Shown here piece by piece: positions 25,870 through 38,601 of a stretch of DNA of 64,000 nucleotides. Position 1 is the first letter of the stretch. The number at the start of each line of letters is the position of its first letter. The DNA comes from Eledone cirrhosa (taxonomy: Eukaryota): assembly GCA_964016885.1 (NCBI GenBank), contig OZ024741.1, forward strand, positions 65,348,001 through 65,412,000, written 5' to 3'. A program made the position numbers and the translations under genes. Under the pieces are notes generated by a model. It did no database searches, was not told the origin of the DNA, and saw only the letters and a list, made by a program, of their open reading frames with translations.

Positions 25870-26000
25870 GCTTTTCTAGTGTACTAAACCTCAAAGGCAA
25901 GCCGCCTTGTTGTCTCGGTGAACAGCGTTGAAGCAGCCATTCCAACTCGCGGGGCTCTACCAAGGTACATAAAAAACTGAACCACCGACAGAGGCTTCCC
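25870..26000 (-). mobile_element. Small degenerate fragment related to the CRE-type element at 34.2-36.6 kb
   Basis: Encodes EPRELEWLLQR versus EPRELEWLFQR. Both share ccaactcgcggggctc. Confidence 0.55.
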
Positions 26001-26448
26001 ATGAACTTAACATAGGTAAGCTAAGAGCATGTTCGTGCATGGTTACAGTCTTTTGGGAGGGCGGGGGTCTATATTATGTTCAGTGGGCTTGCATGCATTA
26101 GAAATGTGATTCACAAAGGGTTACATTTGACAGTCGGTATGTGTTAATATACCATAGACATTAGCATGTAAGATATCTCTTGTTGAGGTGACTGATACTT
26201 TTATTGAAGAAAAGTCTTCGTAAAATGAATATCTTGTTATACAAATATACACACATTGATTATGTAACTATATATATTTTTTCCGCCCTAAAAGGTTGTT
26301 TACCCAATTTTCTGAACTATTAGTAACCGACTGTTATACCAATTATTTTATAATCAATGTGTGTAATGTGTATACGTACGCTTGTGTTTGTGTATGTAAG
26401 CATATATGTATACATATGTGAATATGCCTACATTTATCATATAACTGG

Positions 26449-26482
<34 letters not shown>

Positions 26483-26485
26483 AGA

Positions 26486-26760
26486 AGCACGTGGCCTAGT
26501 GGTAAGGGTGTTCGACTTACAATCATAATGTCGTGGGTTCGATTCCTGGGTTGCGTGTTGTGTTCTTGAGCAAAACACTTCATTTCACGTTGCTCCAGTA
26601 TATTCAGCTGAAAATGAGTACCAGCAATTGCTGGGGATTTAACCCTGCGATGGACTGGAGTCCTGTCCAGGGGTGAGTCTAGTACTCTCAGTCGCTTCAC
26701 GCCATGAAAGCGGGATAAACACTGGCCAAATGAGCCTTCTGGCTTAAGACAGACTTTAGA
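26486..26760 (+). mobile_element. SINE with tRNA head, CORE-like domain and V-domain-like segment
   Basis: gtggcctagtggtaagg / gggttcgattcc, tgtgttcttgagcaaaacactt, ccctgcgatggactggagtcctgtccagggg. Partial copy at ~57765-57917. Confidence 0.75.
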
Positions 26761-27671
26761 TACATATATATCTAATGTGTGTGTGTCTGAGTATGCAGTT
26801 ACATAACCAAAGTGTGTATGCATATGTGTGAATGCAGTTACATAATCAAAGTGTGTATGCGTGAGTGTGCAGTTACACAATCAAAGTGTGTATGCATATG
26901 TTGTCTGCGTATGTACATACATATTTGAAGTGCATCTATAATATAGATGATTTTTAGAGAGTTGTGTCGACCTGACTTTATAAAATGGTTCATAGGAACT
27001 AACTACGCTCATTTTCCTATAACAATGATACACACACACATACCCATACACACATCTCTCGCGCACCGAACATAAATCCTATGTTTTTATGAAGTTTGAG
27101 ATAAAGCTGATTTATACATACTTATTACTATTTCATTGTTTTATTCATTATTTTTTTAATACTTATTACTATCTATATTTTACACAAGAGCAATCTTAAT
27201 GAGATAAGTGTCATTTTCGATGAACTGAATCGGCCTCATGATATTACTAAGTCTAGTTATATTATCATGGGAGGAATAACACACAACTTTGCTCCTGGCG
27301 AATTTTGAGCCCAATATGTAGAGAGGGGATCAAGTCAGGCGTTGTTTTGTTGTTTCTGCCAATGAAGCTACACAAAAACGCCAACATTTGGAATATTTCA
27401 TTTATTTCAATAATATTTTGCTTATTTTCATGTCATGTTGTACAGGCTATGTCTTTTTTTTTAATACAAAATCCTTCACAGATTACATCAGATTACTACA
27501 TTAGAGTAGATGTTTTTTAGGGCTTATTTTTGTTTCGGTGGTTCGTTATGGAAACTTTATAGTTCAATGATGCAAGGAAAGAGTGGAGCATGGCCTATTA
27601 CGTAAGGGGATTGTAGTTGCTGAAGATAATAGTAATTTTACGGTTTACATCCTCCCTTTTCTGATATCCAA

Positions 27672-27950
27672 AGGCGACGAAGGTTCGCATCAGCTGGACA
27701 TGTGAAACGTCACAATGAACCTGCTAGCAGACTTCTTCTCTGGAAATCAAACATTACACCGAAGGATGACCTTGAAGATGATACTAGGCTGGAGGCAATA
27801 CAATGAACCTGCTAGCAGAGTTCTTCTCTGGAAATCAAACATTACACTGAAGGGTGTCCTTGAAGATGATACTAGGCTGGAGGCAAAGTAACATCACATG
27901 GCAATGTTGGACAGAGTGAGCTGGAGGAGGAACTTCGACATGGCACCGGT
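27672..27950 (+). mobile_element. Degenerate RTE-like LINE 3' end with an internal ~88-bp tandem duplication
   Basis: Translates RRRRFASAGHVKRHNEPASRLLLW...LEDDTRLE...AMLDRVSWR. The unit acaatgaacctgctagcag...ggctggaggcaa is repeated. Confidence 0.55.
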
Positions 27951-28136
27951 AATGGATGTGTAGAAAGGAAATCTACGCAACATGGCGGCTGTAGCTTGAT
28001 AATACCTGTTTTCCCTGATACCGGGAGCTGGTATGAGTCTGTGGTTGGCTTACGGAATACAGGGAAGCGGGCTGGCTGTTGGTTTAACGGCATTTTCTGA
28101 GTGTTGTGTTTACGGGTTAAGGCAATCGATGGTTTT

Positions 28137-28192
<56 letters not shown>

Positions 28193-28699
28193 TAGTTAAG
28201 ATAGGAGTAAAGTACCATACAAATCAAAGACTTTAGGTAAAAAAATAAATGTAGAAATGCATTGAAGTATATATTTTTAAAAATCTTTTTCATTAATCAA
28301 ACAAAACAAATCTACTTGATGTACTAATTATAGAAATATTTAAGTTTTATTATATATTTTTATCCGTTTCAATTGTTTTGACAACCTTTTCAAAAATTTA
28401 CTTTCCCGTGATATTATTAGATCTTATTTTATTGCCCCTGATAAATTTAGAGCCCCAAACGTTGAGGATGAAGTCTCACGCTTTTTGTTTTTTCGGTCAC
28501 AACCAAGTTCGCAAAAAGTAAAACTTCAATTTGGTAAAGTAACATATTTGCTGGACGCCCCCAGAGTATACAAGGACATTTTGAGAGAAATAAATTTATT
28601 AAAAATTATTTCATTATTTTCTTCTTCAGAATCTCTTATATAATTTCGACATCATTTGGCTTATATAAATTGTATTGTATGACTGTATTAGTAATACTA

Positions 28700-28822
28700 A
28701 TAGTTGTTTCTACTTTTGGCACAAGGCCAGCAATTACCCAGTGTATCACTGGTACTTTATTTTATCGACCCTGTAAGGATGAAAGGCAAAGTTAACCTCG
28801 GCGGGATTTGAACTCAGAATGG
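28700..28822 (-). mobile_element. 5'-truncated SINE, dominant family
   Basis: Core and tail only. Confidence 0.75.
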
Positions 28823-29399
28823 AAATAGTAATACAAACTAACGTTTTAAAACTATGATTGTCTTCACCCTCTGTTCGGCCTTTCATCAGTGATAAGGGCG
28901 TATTGGACGCGGGGAAGATTATATATATAAATTTTTTTAAGTGAGTCTAATACGGTAAATTATTTTTGAAAAGTTTGTCTTAAACAATCTAAACCAGTAG
29001 ATGTATTTGATAAAACTTAAGTCTACTTGATGTACTAAATGTAAAACTTATAGTCATTGCCACGATTAAATATTTTACATTTGAAAACTGTTGCAACTTC
29101 AAGACTTCCTCAGACACTAAGATCAGTTTAAAGATAACCAGAAGGCTTAAAGGACAATATTCCATGCTTCGTGGCATAGAGTTACGGCCCTTTACGATCT
29201 GGGTTTAAATCCCGCGGAAGTTAGTTTTGCTTTTCATCCTTGCAGAGTCGATAAAGTAATGCATTGGGGTCGATTTAATCAGCTTTCCCCATCATCCAAT
29301 TGCTGGCCTTGTGCCAAAAGTAGAAACCATTATCTGAAAAAGCAAAAATACTTGGGAGACACAATGTTTTGAAACAAATACAGCCAGTGGATCTAAACA

Positions 29400-29812
29400 T
29401 AGATTAGTAATAATTAACTGCCCTAACTGTTAACATCTATGCAAATCCTGGTTCATATTCTTCCGCTAATGTCGATACACGACTCATCAAAGTCGCTGTT
29501 AGTAATCTCTTTAGTTACATCATATTAAAGACTGTCTACCAAGTTTCTGTTCGCTCAGAGAACTACAGTTCAAAGACCTTTCGTTGCATCAATATTCTGC
29601 CTATTATATTTCAGAGAATTATCAACGAATTCATTCAGTTATTCAGAAGAATAAACTCTAACAAATTTTCGTCAATCTCAATGACATTTTAATAGCAGAT
29701 GAAACTCAATGACATGGTACTAATCTATTCAAGTTTGTCAAGGATCTGCAGTTTAATAAATCAAAATGTATGATATTGTGATATGGTAGAAGTCCATCTT
29801 CTTGTCTAGGAC
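29400..29812 (+). mobile_element. Highly degenerate Ty3/Gypsy reverse transcriptase remnant
   Basis: Fragments LFSYIILKTVYQ, FQRIINEFI, FVNLNDILIA and LQFNKSKC occur in Gypsy RT order (FSxIDLKxAYHQ, FQRxxD, YLDDILI, LxxNxxKC). Confidence 0.5.
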
Positions 29813-29815
29813 ATA

Positions 29816-31296
29816 CGAGGTCTGTCGAAAAAGTGTCCGATTATCTATCTAAATGAGAAGTAATGACGTTAAGAAGACAAAAGTGTACAGTGAATGCGCA
29901 TGTGTGCTTTTTTTTGTGATCTCGTAAGATGTGTCAGTCGCTGTTAAGCAGCCAGTGTGTGAAGTGTTAAACTACTTATTTGTCTCATTTTCATTTCGCC
30001 CAATACAGCCAACAAGGATTCTGAGTTCAAGAATTCTGTAATAACTGAGAATGAGACGTGGGTGTATGGATACGATCCGGTAACGAAATCTCAGTTACCA
30101 CTTTGGTATGGTATGGTATGGAGTTGTAAGGGCGCCATATTGACATACGGCGTTTCTAGGGTATTTTTAAAACTTGGTGGAGCCCATCTCCCTCCAGGCC
30201 TGAATACAGTGGATTTCTTCAATAGAAGGATAGATAGAGAGTGAGAAAGTGATCAGTAATAGACTGGTACGTTTTTATCGACCTTGAATGGATGAAAGGC
30301 AAAGTTGACCTCGGTAGGATTTGAATTCAGAGAGAAGAGGGCCGAAATGAATACTACAAAGCATTCTATCCGACGTTCTGACGACTCTGCCAATTCACCG
30401 CCTCAGTTATTACATTAGACGCATCGAAATGTTGCCAATGCCCCCAAGAAACATGTCAAGTGCAGAGCTAAATCAAGGTAATGCTGGTTACTTTCTTCAA
30501 CTATCGAGGTATTTTGTAGCACGGATACGCATTAAAGGGACACACAGTTATAAAGATGTGAAGCGAAGTTTTATTTGTTGTAGAAATGACGAACACAACA
30601 AATACCAACAATTCTGGCTAGCTATATATCTTTACTTCACTTCAGGAAAAAAATGATTACATCGAATCGTAAATATAATGTTTTATAGTGTTCACAAATG
30701 AATATAGTGTTCAGTAAAGCTTCAGTGTTGTGCCTGAATCTTTTGTTTACCATGGGATGTTCCCTTAAAAGAAAAGTGACAAGTTATAGTCGACAGTGTG
30801 CGGCTGGTTGATGTATTAGTTAACCGTTATATATCCAGGCTGTGTTGTATATGCCAAAAGGGAGTGGGCTGAGAGTTGTTGAAATGCTAATGGAAGAATT
30901 GTTGTCGGACCTGTGTCGAGAGGGCCGGAGTGTTTGGTTAAGTGCAACATCTCTCAACTTGCTAGAGCAACTTTTGTGTGATGTCTCCTTTGAGAGACAA
31001 GAGCAGAATGTGTATAAAAGCTAGTTAATCTCTGATAAACTGTAAAATAACTCCCTTCTCCGGGTGACGCCAGATTTTGAAACAAAAGAAAATGAGCAAC
31101 GTGTTTCTCATAGGTCAGCATATGTGGTTACACTAACCTACGTTGCTAACATCAGAACAAGGGTTTTAATTACTGCTGCAGACGTACTACCTGGAAATCC
31201 CCCGACGTTTTAGTGATGCAGTTCGGTGCAAGAGATCAGATATGTAGGCCTGGTATAACTGGAAGCTGCGTCATGACAATGTCCCTGCTCATTTGT
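29816..31296 (+). mobile_element. Fragmented mariner element (left TIR and transposase remnants), interrupted by other insertions
   Basis: ta|cgaggtctgtcgaaaaagt terminus, ITENETWVYGYDPVTKSQ (~30040-30093), and YYLE...DAVRCKR...WKLRHDNVPAH (~31185-31293). Confidence 0.6.
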
Positions 31297-31699
31297 GTTT
31301 TCTACTATATATAAAGTCTCATTTTTTTAAAATGACAAATACATTTCAATTTAATAAAATGATATCCCTCTTCCTTTGATGCCCTACGGATGTTCTTATT
31401 TTGTTTAATGATTAATCCAGCCCTGATTAATGATTAATCCAGCAACAGTCTCAAATGGAAAGCTCACAGGTACTCAGAACCAATAAAGTTAACCGAAATT
31501 TTTCTTGACAAGCAAAATTCATCCATCAGTACAAATGGACGTGAGTTGAAACGTCCAAACTGTTACGAATGGTTATTGACATTTATTCCAGTCCAAATAT
31601 CGTAAATAATCGATAAATTCCACTTAAGTTTTCTAGTGACATTATCTCTCATTTGACCCATTATTATTTATTTCACTTAACGTGGAAGACTGTTATATA

Positions 31700-31897
31700 C
31701 GAGGGTGGGTCGAAAAGTTCATAGGCTGACTATGAAGGAGTGATGCTAGTGCTGTGAAATCGTGCATGCATTGTTTTCAACTCTTCTTATGAATAACTAC
31801 ATTGTTTCTTTCCAGGGACTATGTTGAAAAATAAACCTCATTTGGCCATTCCATGAGAGTATCTTGGTTAGCTTATGAACATTTCAGCCGACTCTCG
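31700..31897. mobile_element. Mariner-type MITE, TA TSD
   Basis: ta|cgagggtgggtcgaaaagttcataggct ... agcttatgaacatttcagccgactctcg|ta. Second copy at 52430-52628. Confidence 0.8.
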
Positions 31898-32654
31898 TAT
31901 TTCAACCATCATTAATGTCCTCATCCTCACATGTTCTGTATATTATCGCTGTTATTGTTGCATCGATCTCCAAGTGATTATCTTTCTTTGTTATTAATTC
32001 TCCATCGTTACATAACAATATAAAAGAACTTATGGTCGCAAGACAAAAGTCGCCAATATAGATTAGATAAAAACGGTAATCCTTCGTTGACCAGGGCGGT
32101 GGATTGGTAGAACGCCTTCATCCAGTACTGTTACGTCTTTCTATTTTTTCAAAGGCAATATTTGGTCGTAATTCTTTTTGAAATTCTAACAAATTAAGTG
32201 TTAACATATTTAATGTAAATACTAATAAATTACATTTGGAAATAAACACATTAGATAGATATATTTCTTTATTAGATAGATAGATACCTCATGAGTATAG
32301 TGAAAAATTCTCAAAGATCTAGTTTAAAAATATATACTCCTCTGTAGCTATTCCAAAATTATATTTTACCCCTAGGTTCATTGATTCATAAATTTTCAAA
32401 TATAAAAGTACACGTGTACATATAAAAGAATGAGTATACTGTATGGGATATATTTGAATAAACGCATGTTTATCTTTATGCACGTCTTTATCCAGTGTAT
32501 ACGAGCAAGTGTGAAACGCATTTATAAATAACTCGAGAGCAATAATCAACACTAAATGTAATATCTCTTGAATGTTTCGTAGATATCTAGTGATGATGTA
32601 TTGGCTGTTCGTTTTCAACAGCCATTCATTGATGGTGTGATTTTATTAATAGTA

Positions 32655-33211
32655 CATTCATTAATGGTTACAGCGTTGGACTTACAATTGCGAGATAGTG
32701 AGTTCGATTCTCGGACCAGGCTTTGCATCGTGAATTTGATTCTCGGACTGGGCTTTACCTAGTGTTCTTGTAATGGAAAATGTATAAATGCAGTGAACTT
32801 CCTTGACATGGGAGAGAGCATGCGCATTGTCAGTCATTTTGGATACCACGTTGTTGTATTAGTGATGTTTTTATCGCCGATTTTCAAACTTGTAGACTTT
32901 GGAAAATAGTTTCTTTAAGCCAGATAACTAACTGGTCATTCATATCAATAAATATAACAGTTCTTGAGCAAGACACTTTATTTCACGTTGCTCCAATTCA
33001 CTCAGCTGTAGAAATGAGTTGCGACGTCCCTGGTGTCAAGCTATATACGCCTTTGCCTTTCCCTTGGACAACATCAGTGGCGTAGAGAGAGGAGACTAAC
33101 ATGCATGGGCGACTGCTGGTCTTCCACATACAACCTTGCCCGGACTTTGCCTCGGAGGGGAACATTCTAGCTGCAAATCCCATCGTCATTCGTGACCGAA
33201 GGGGTCTTTAC
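32655..33211 (+). mobile_element. CORE-like SINE family 2 split by a ~190-bp insertion (about 32771-32959)
   Basis: Head with duplicated B-box segment. gttcttg appears on both sides of the insert. Tail as in 21900-22230. Confidence 0.65.
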
Positions 33212-34199
33212 TTTCATTAATAAGGAAGAGCTATTATTAGTAAAAGTACCAGTAAAATACTGAACCGTTATAAACGTCTTTCTCCCTTCCATTTCCCTCC
33301 CTCAAACTGCTGGCCTTGTGCCTTAATCAGAAACTATTATCAGCTCGGGAAGAGTGTGATGGTGGATTAGCAGAGTCGTTAGAGCGTCGGATGAAATGCA
33401 CAGCAATATTTCGTCACGGTGCTCTACATTTTGATTTCAAATCCCACCGAGGTTAACTTTACCTCTGATCCTTCCGGGAGTTGATAAAATAAAGAACCAC
33501 TCAAGTATTCTTCTTCTTCTTGTACCATCACTGTATCAGTGTTTAACGAACCATGACGTTCCCGCTGTTCGATCTCGAGTGAGATCCTATACTTCTGCGA
33601 CTTTGATGTTGAAATCAAAAAATCAAAGACGACCTCTTGATATGTCTCAAGACATAATCACAGTGTATGTGCAGAATTCATATCGCAAGTTCTTAAGAGT
33701 TTTCCAGATTTGTCTTCTATCGATATTGAGAATCATTTTAACCACATTACAACATCACCCAGGAAGCAGCCAAGTACTACAGTCAGTATAATCGATCTTT
33801 ATCTCTGCCCCCCCCCCCCCATTGTTGACCATGTGTCTAAATTAGAAAATCATTAATAGCTCGTAGTATTCCACACACATGTATATGGAATACTCAGCCA
33901 TTTATGCGCTAATTTAACGAGTCGGACATTCATTTGAACAACAATTTTGTGGGGAGAGGGAAAGTCGATTACATCGACCACAATAGGAGATTTTTACTTT
34001 ATATTAATCGACCACAGAAGGATGAAAGACAAAGAAAGTTGACATCGGTGGGATTTGAAATCAGAACCTAAAGCACCGTAAGTAAATGCTGCAAAGTTTC
34101 TTTGTTTAAAATTCTAATGATTCTATTAATTAATCCTGGCCACAAATGAACTTTTCCAGTAGATGTTTTATACGCAAAAAGTATATAAGCTATAACTGT

Positions 34200-36575
34200 A
34201 GACTTTATTGTGATGTATCAGATGAAAGAATGGTATTTAACTAATGTATTGGTACGCGATGGGGCCCACCCACAGCCCCGGCGGACAGAATGGAGAAGGC
34301 GTTTCCACGGAGAACGGCAAGGGAGACGCGCTGGAAAAGCCACTCCAACTCGCGGGGCTCACACCTACGGCTGGCCAGCTCAGCGCCTATGGTGGTGTGT
34401 AAGGAGGTAGCCCTGGGGCCGAGGACACCAGAAGTTTCCACTGCCAGGGGAACGACCGCAAACCTGTCGGAGAGCGACCGGTATTTGAGGAGTTTGGCCC
34501 CCTCAGCCCGACGTGCAGCAAAACCTGGGTCAGTCGCAGACTGCACCAGGTTGCGGCTGCAGAAAGTGTCGGTGCAAGTGGCATCCCAGACGAGCGGTTT
34601 TCCACCGCGGAACGGGAAGATGGTCATGCCATCTGGCCCTTTGCCGTCCCCTCGATCCAGCCCCACCGGCTCGAGCTGGGAAGGGAAGCCTGCAGCGTCC
34701 AAGCCATGCTTAATGACCTCGTTGAGGGCAGTATGGCGTGGAATGCGGTCGGCACTGTGGCGACAGGAAAGCGGGTGGAGGCCGAAAGAGTCCACGGTGG
34801 AACCGCAGCGACATTGGCTGGCAGATCCGGAGGCCGAGCCTTAGGGAAACGCCGATTCGCAGGCTATGGTTGTCTAGCTGCGTGCCAGTGGAGAAGGAGG
34901 GCAGAGCATGGAGCCAGGCACCACTGTGGGGTTTGGAGGCCGCACGAAAACAAGCAAGGCGGTGCTGGTCGAGCTGGCGCGTGAGCCTGTCTGAGGCCAG
35001 GCTGCACTGAATGGCATCCCAAGTGCGTTGGGGGGACTTGACGTCAACAGGAGGAGAAGGAGGAGGGACGTCTACTGGGCTAAGTCCCAGCCGGTCCCAC
35101 GTCTCGCAGGCGGCCTCACGTTCTCTGACCACAGAGGGTTCTGTTGTGTTTTGAAGAACCCTGCTGACGAGGACACGGCACGAGGTTACCGACGAAAGAT
35201 ACGCCGGCAAAGCTAGTGAGATCGGGGACCGGAGGCCTAGGCCGCCATACCTGACCGGTAAAGTGGCCTGTTGCCACCCTATGTCGTCAAACTTGACGTT
35301 GCATATCCCCTCGGCTGCTGCTCGGATACAAGTATCGAGGTCAGCGAGGAGAGATGTCTGGGTGTAGCATGGAGCGCTGCGGAGTGTATAGAGGAGCTTC
35401 GGCATGGCGAAGCAGTTCCTCAGCAGAAAGAGAGCTGGGTGGCCGTCAATCAGCTCAGTCGGCTCGTGAGAGTCTGGAGCTGTTGAAGCCTGGACCTGAT
35501 GGTGGAGCGGATGGCCGGCGGGTGGATCGGTGACCCGAGGATGAGGATATCCTCTTTGGGGGTCACCTGAATCTGGCGGAGAATGGACCGCACGTCCAAG
35601 ACGGAGGCTGCAAAGCTCGCAGCATCGAGGCTGACGTTCACCACCTCCGACTTGGCCGAGTTGACCTGGAGGCCGATTCCCGCCAGAGCAGGAATCACCG
35701 ATTGAAGGTCTTGGCAGACCGTCCGTACGGGCCCGCCCAACGTAGCATCATCCAGATACCAAACGTTGAGAAGGGCCGTGATACTCCGGGCGATGTGGTC
35801 AATACCAAGGGCGAACAGGAGGGGTCCCAAAGGGTCGCCCTGTTGGACTCCAGTAGCCGAGGGTATGACCGTATCAGCAGCTAGGAGCATGCTCGGGGCT
35901 CCATATGACAGGTAGGCCAGAGGGGGCTCGGCTGAGGCAGGCCTCGAGCAGATGATCCCGGCGTAAAGAGTTAAAGGCATTCCTCATGTCAAGCTTGACA
36001 ATGAGGTGCCTGGAGTTCCTGGAAGCCGGTACCGATGGGCAGCTGCTGAAGAACTGCCTGATTGCACGAGAGGCTCCCTCACAGCCACCGGACACGCCGA
36101 CACCCAGTTGCACCGGACTAAACTCCTCACTCAGTTCGTGTGTGACGGACTTGCAGATCACCTTGGCAGCCAACCTCCGCAAGACATTGCCCACAGCAAT
36201 GGGGCGTATGCCACCCTCTTTCTTCCTGAGAGCGGTGAGGCTGGCCGAAAAAAAGAGGCCTCGGGCGTAAGGGTCGAGGGCACCATGAATGAGCCTATTG
36301 GTGAGCGCCACAATTGCACTCAGAAGGCGGCGCCCGGTCTCAGCGGAAAGGGGGGGGGGATGTCAACTCCTTGAGGTGGCCTGGTCGGAGACCATCAACA
36401 CCTCCGCAGTTGCTAGCTGGGAATGACCTGATGGCGGACATGATATCTGCATCAGTAGCCACAAGGAGCAGGTGGGGGTCGGGTAGGGGTATGGGTCTGA
36501 GATCAGTGGGTGGCTCAGGGTGTTTGAGTCGCAGAGCAGCCAGGATCTCCTCGGTGGGTTGGAGGACAAATCTCA
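34200..36575 (-). mobile_element. 5'-truncated CRE-clade-like non-LTR retrotransposon (RT + Zn knuckle + restriction-like endonuclease), frameshifted
   Basis: GGIRPIAVGNVLRRLAAK, KLDMRNAFNS, GVQQGDPLGPLLF, WYLDD, LPVRYGGLG, CxC...HPLSC, RH...PDG...WDAT...AEGAKLLKY...PLAVETSG. AATAAA lies downstream on the minus strand. Markedly GC-rich. Confidence 0.88.
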
Positions 36576-36835
36576 GTACTGAATAAGTAAACGTCATTGT
36601 TTAAAATTCTTCAAAGAATTGTGTCTGGCATTCTCACACGGCTACTAAGATACCTATGATAGGATCACAACTTAAAACCCTCATAGTGAGACTTATATAT
36701 GTTTCTCTCTCTCTGTCTATACATCAAATATATTCTTGTTTTGTATGCATACCTACTGGTGTTCTGAACAAATCCAATTTAACATCGCATTTTACTTGGG
36801 CAACAAATGTCAATGGTTGTTTGGCCCCATATATA

Positions 36836-36911
<76 letters not shown>

Positions 36912-36978
36912 AAAGTTATATTTAAAATTGTTGGGTTACAACTAGTAAAGGAATTTTGAAAATGACCTGCCAGTTAGA

Positions 36979-38601
36979 TTGATCGCACCATCAAAATCGG
37001 ACCTGGGCAAATTAAGCAAAAACATTCTTGACAGGGTGATACAGCAAATTAAGAACTTGGATTGTTTATCTAACCTGAGCTTGTGGAAGGGAACTGGAGA
37101 GGTTGTTGAGTGGTTTAAGCAAATTAAATATAACAATAATAATAAGTTTATTCAACTTGATATAGCTAACTATTATTCTTCTATTACCCCTAATCTACTA
37201 AATAAGGCACTAAATTACGCATTCAAACATACTGACCTAACTAGCAATGAAATGCATATTATATTATCGGCTAGGAAAACTTTGATAGAATTTAATGACA
37301 AACTATGGACCAGAGCAGATAGAGATAGCAATTTTGACATAACTATGGGATCATCCGACTCAGCTCAGGTAACTGACCTTGTGGGCTTATTTTTAATCAA
37401 TTCGCTACATAGGAAAATACCTGGTACTACCGGAGGTCTATATAGAGATGACATGCTTTTACTTATTGATAATAATAACCCTGAACTAAATAGAAAATGT
37501 AAACAAATTACACAATTTTTTAATTACTTTAATCTTAAAATAGAAATTGAGAACAACCATAGAATAGTCAATTTCCTAGATATAACATTAAATCTCAACA
37601 CATGTCCTCACTATCCTTTTCACAAGTTGAATGAAAACTTAAACTATGTCAACTTTAACTCTAACCACCCCAGATCTGTCAAAAACACTATAGTAAACTC
37701 TGTTCAAAAACGTATCTCTAGGATCTCGTCGAATAGAAAGATTTTCGACGAAAAAGCCCAATACTATAATGAAGCATTAGCTAGAGCAGGATATGCTGAT
37801 AAGATTGTGTACATAGATAATGATAGACAAACTAAACAAAGTAACAACTTTTTTAATTACGGCAACAACCTTAACAACTATAATAGAAAGCATTACAATA
37901 ATTCCAAAGGCCAAAAAAGAAATAGAACTAGGAACATAATTTGGTTTGCCCCCCCTTTCTCACTAAACATTAAAACCCACATCGCTAAACTATTTTTCAA
38001 AGCTCTTGATAATCGCTTCCCTAGAACACATAGGTATCACTCAATTTTCAATAGACATACAGTAAAATTAACCTACTCATCCACCAAAAATTTAGCACAA
38101 AATATTAATAGAATAAATAATAGGAACTTAAAACCTAGTGATAATAGCATAAATAATATACAAGTTAACAAATGTAACTGTAGAGATAGATCTAAATGTC
38201 CGTTAAATAACAACTGCTTAGTTAAAAATATAGTATACAATTGTAATGTTAATACTGACTCTAATTCTTTTAACTACGTCGGTTCCACATCGACGGAATT
38301 TAAACTTCGCTATAATAACCACAAGAATTCTTTCACAGATCCAAGCAAAAAATCTTCAACGGCACTATCAGGCGTACTCTGGCAACTTAAGCTAGATAAC
38401 GTTAGATATTCGACGGCTTGGAATATAGTCTCAAGAGGGATTCCTTTTAATTCATCCTCTGAGACATGTGACCTCTGCGCAGAGGAGATATTCTTTATAC
38501 TAAAATCTAAAAATTCCCTTAATCTACGGACAAATTTATTCAGTTGTTGCAAACATAGATTAAACTCAACGTTTAAATATAAATTTAAATTTAAAATGTA
38601 G
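36979..38601 (+). CDS. Penelope-like reverse transcriptase + C-terminal GIY-YIG endonuclease (uninterrupted, N-terminally truncated, no true ATG start)
   Basis: FIQLDIANYYSSI, FDITMGSSDSAQVTDLVG, LYRDD, VNFLDITLNL, SNHP, CNC...CPL...C...IVY...YVGST..FKLRYNNH, CDLC.EE, CKH. Confidence 0.9.
   Translation: MIAPSKSDLGKLSKNILDRVIQQIKNLDCLSNLSLWKGTGEVVEWFKQIKYNNNNKFIQLDIANYYSSITPNLLNKALNYAFKHTDLTSNEMHIILSARKTLIEFNDKLWTRADRDSNFDITMGSSDSAQVTDLVGLFLINSLHRKIPGTTGGLYRDDMLLLIDNNNPELNRKCKQITQFFNYFNLKIEIENNHRIVNFLDITLNLNTCPHYPFHKLNENLNYVNFNSNHPRSVKNTIVNSVQKRISRISSNRKIFDEKAQYYNEALARAGYADKIVYIDNDRQTKQSNNFFNYGNNLNNYNRKHYNNSKGQKRNRTRNIIWFAPPFSLNIKTHIAKLFFKALDNRFPRTHRYHSIFNRHTVKLTYSSTKNLAQNINRINNRNLKPSDNSINNIQVNKCNCRDRSKCPLNNNCLVKNIVYNCNVNTDSNSFNYVGSTSTEFKLRYNNHKNSFTDPSKKSSTALSGVLWQLKLDNVRYSTAWNIVSRGIPFNSSSETCDLCAEEIFFILKSKNSLNLRTNLFSCCKHRLNSTFKYKFKFKM

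Noticed and set aside
34290-36586. Plus-strand ORFs over the GC-rich region
   Set aside because: Antisense shadows of the retrotransposon ORF.
34102-36610. ttgtttaaaattct on both sides of the CRE element as a possible TSD
   Set aside because: Neither copy abuts the element ends, and the left one lies in an old SINE. Likely chance in AT-rich DNA.
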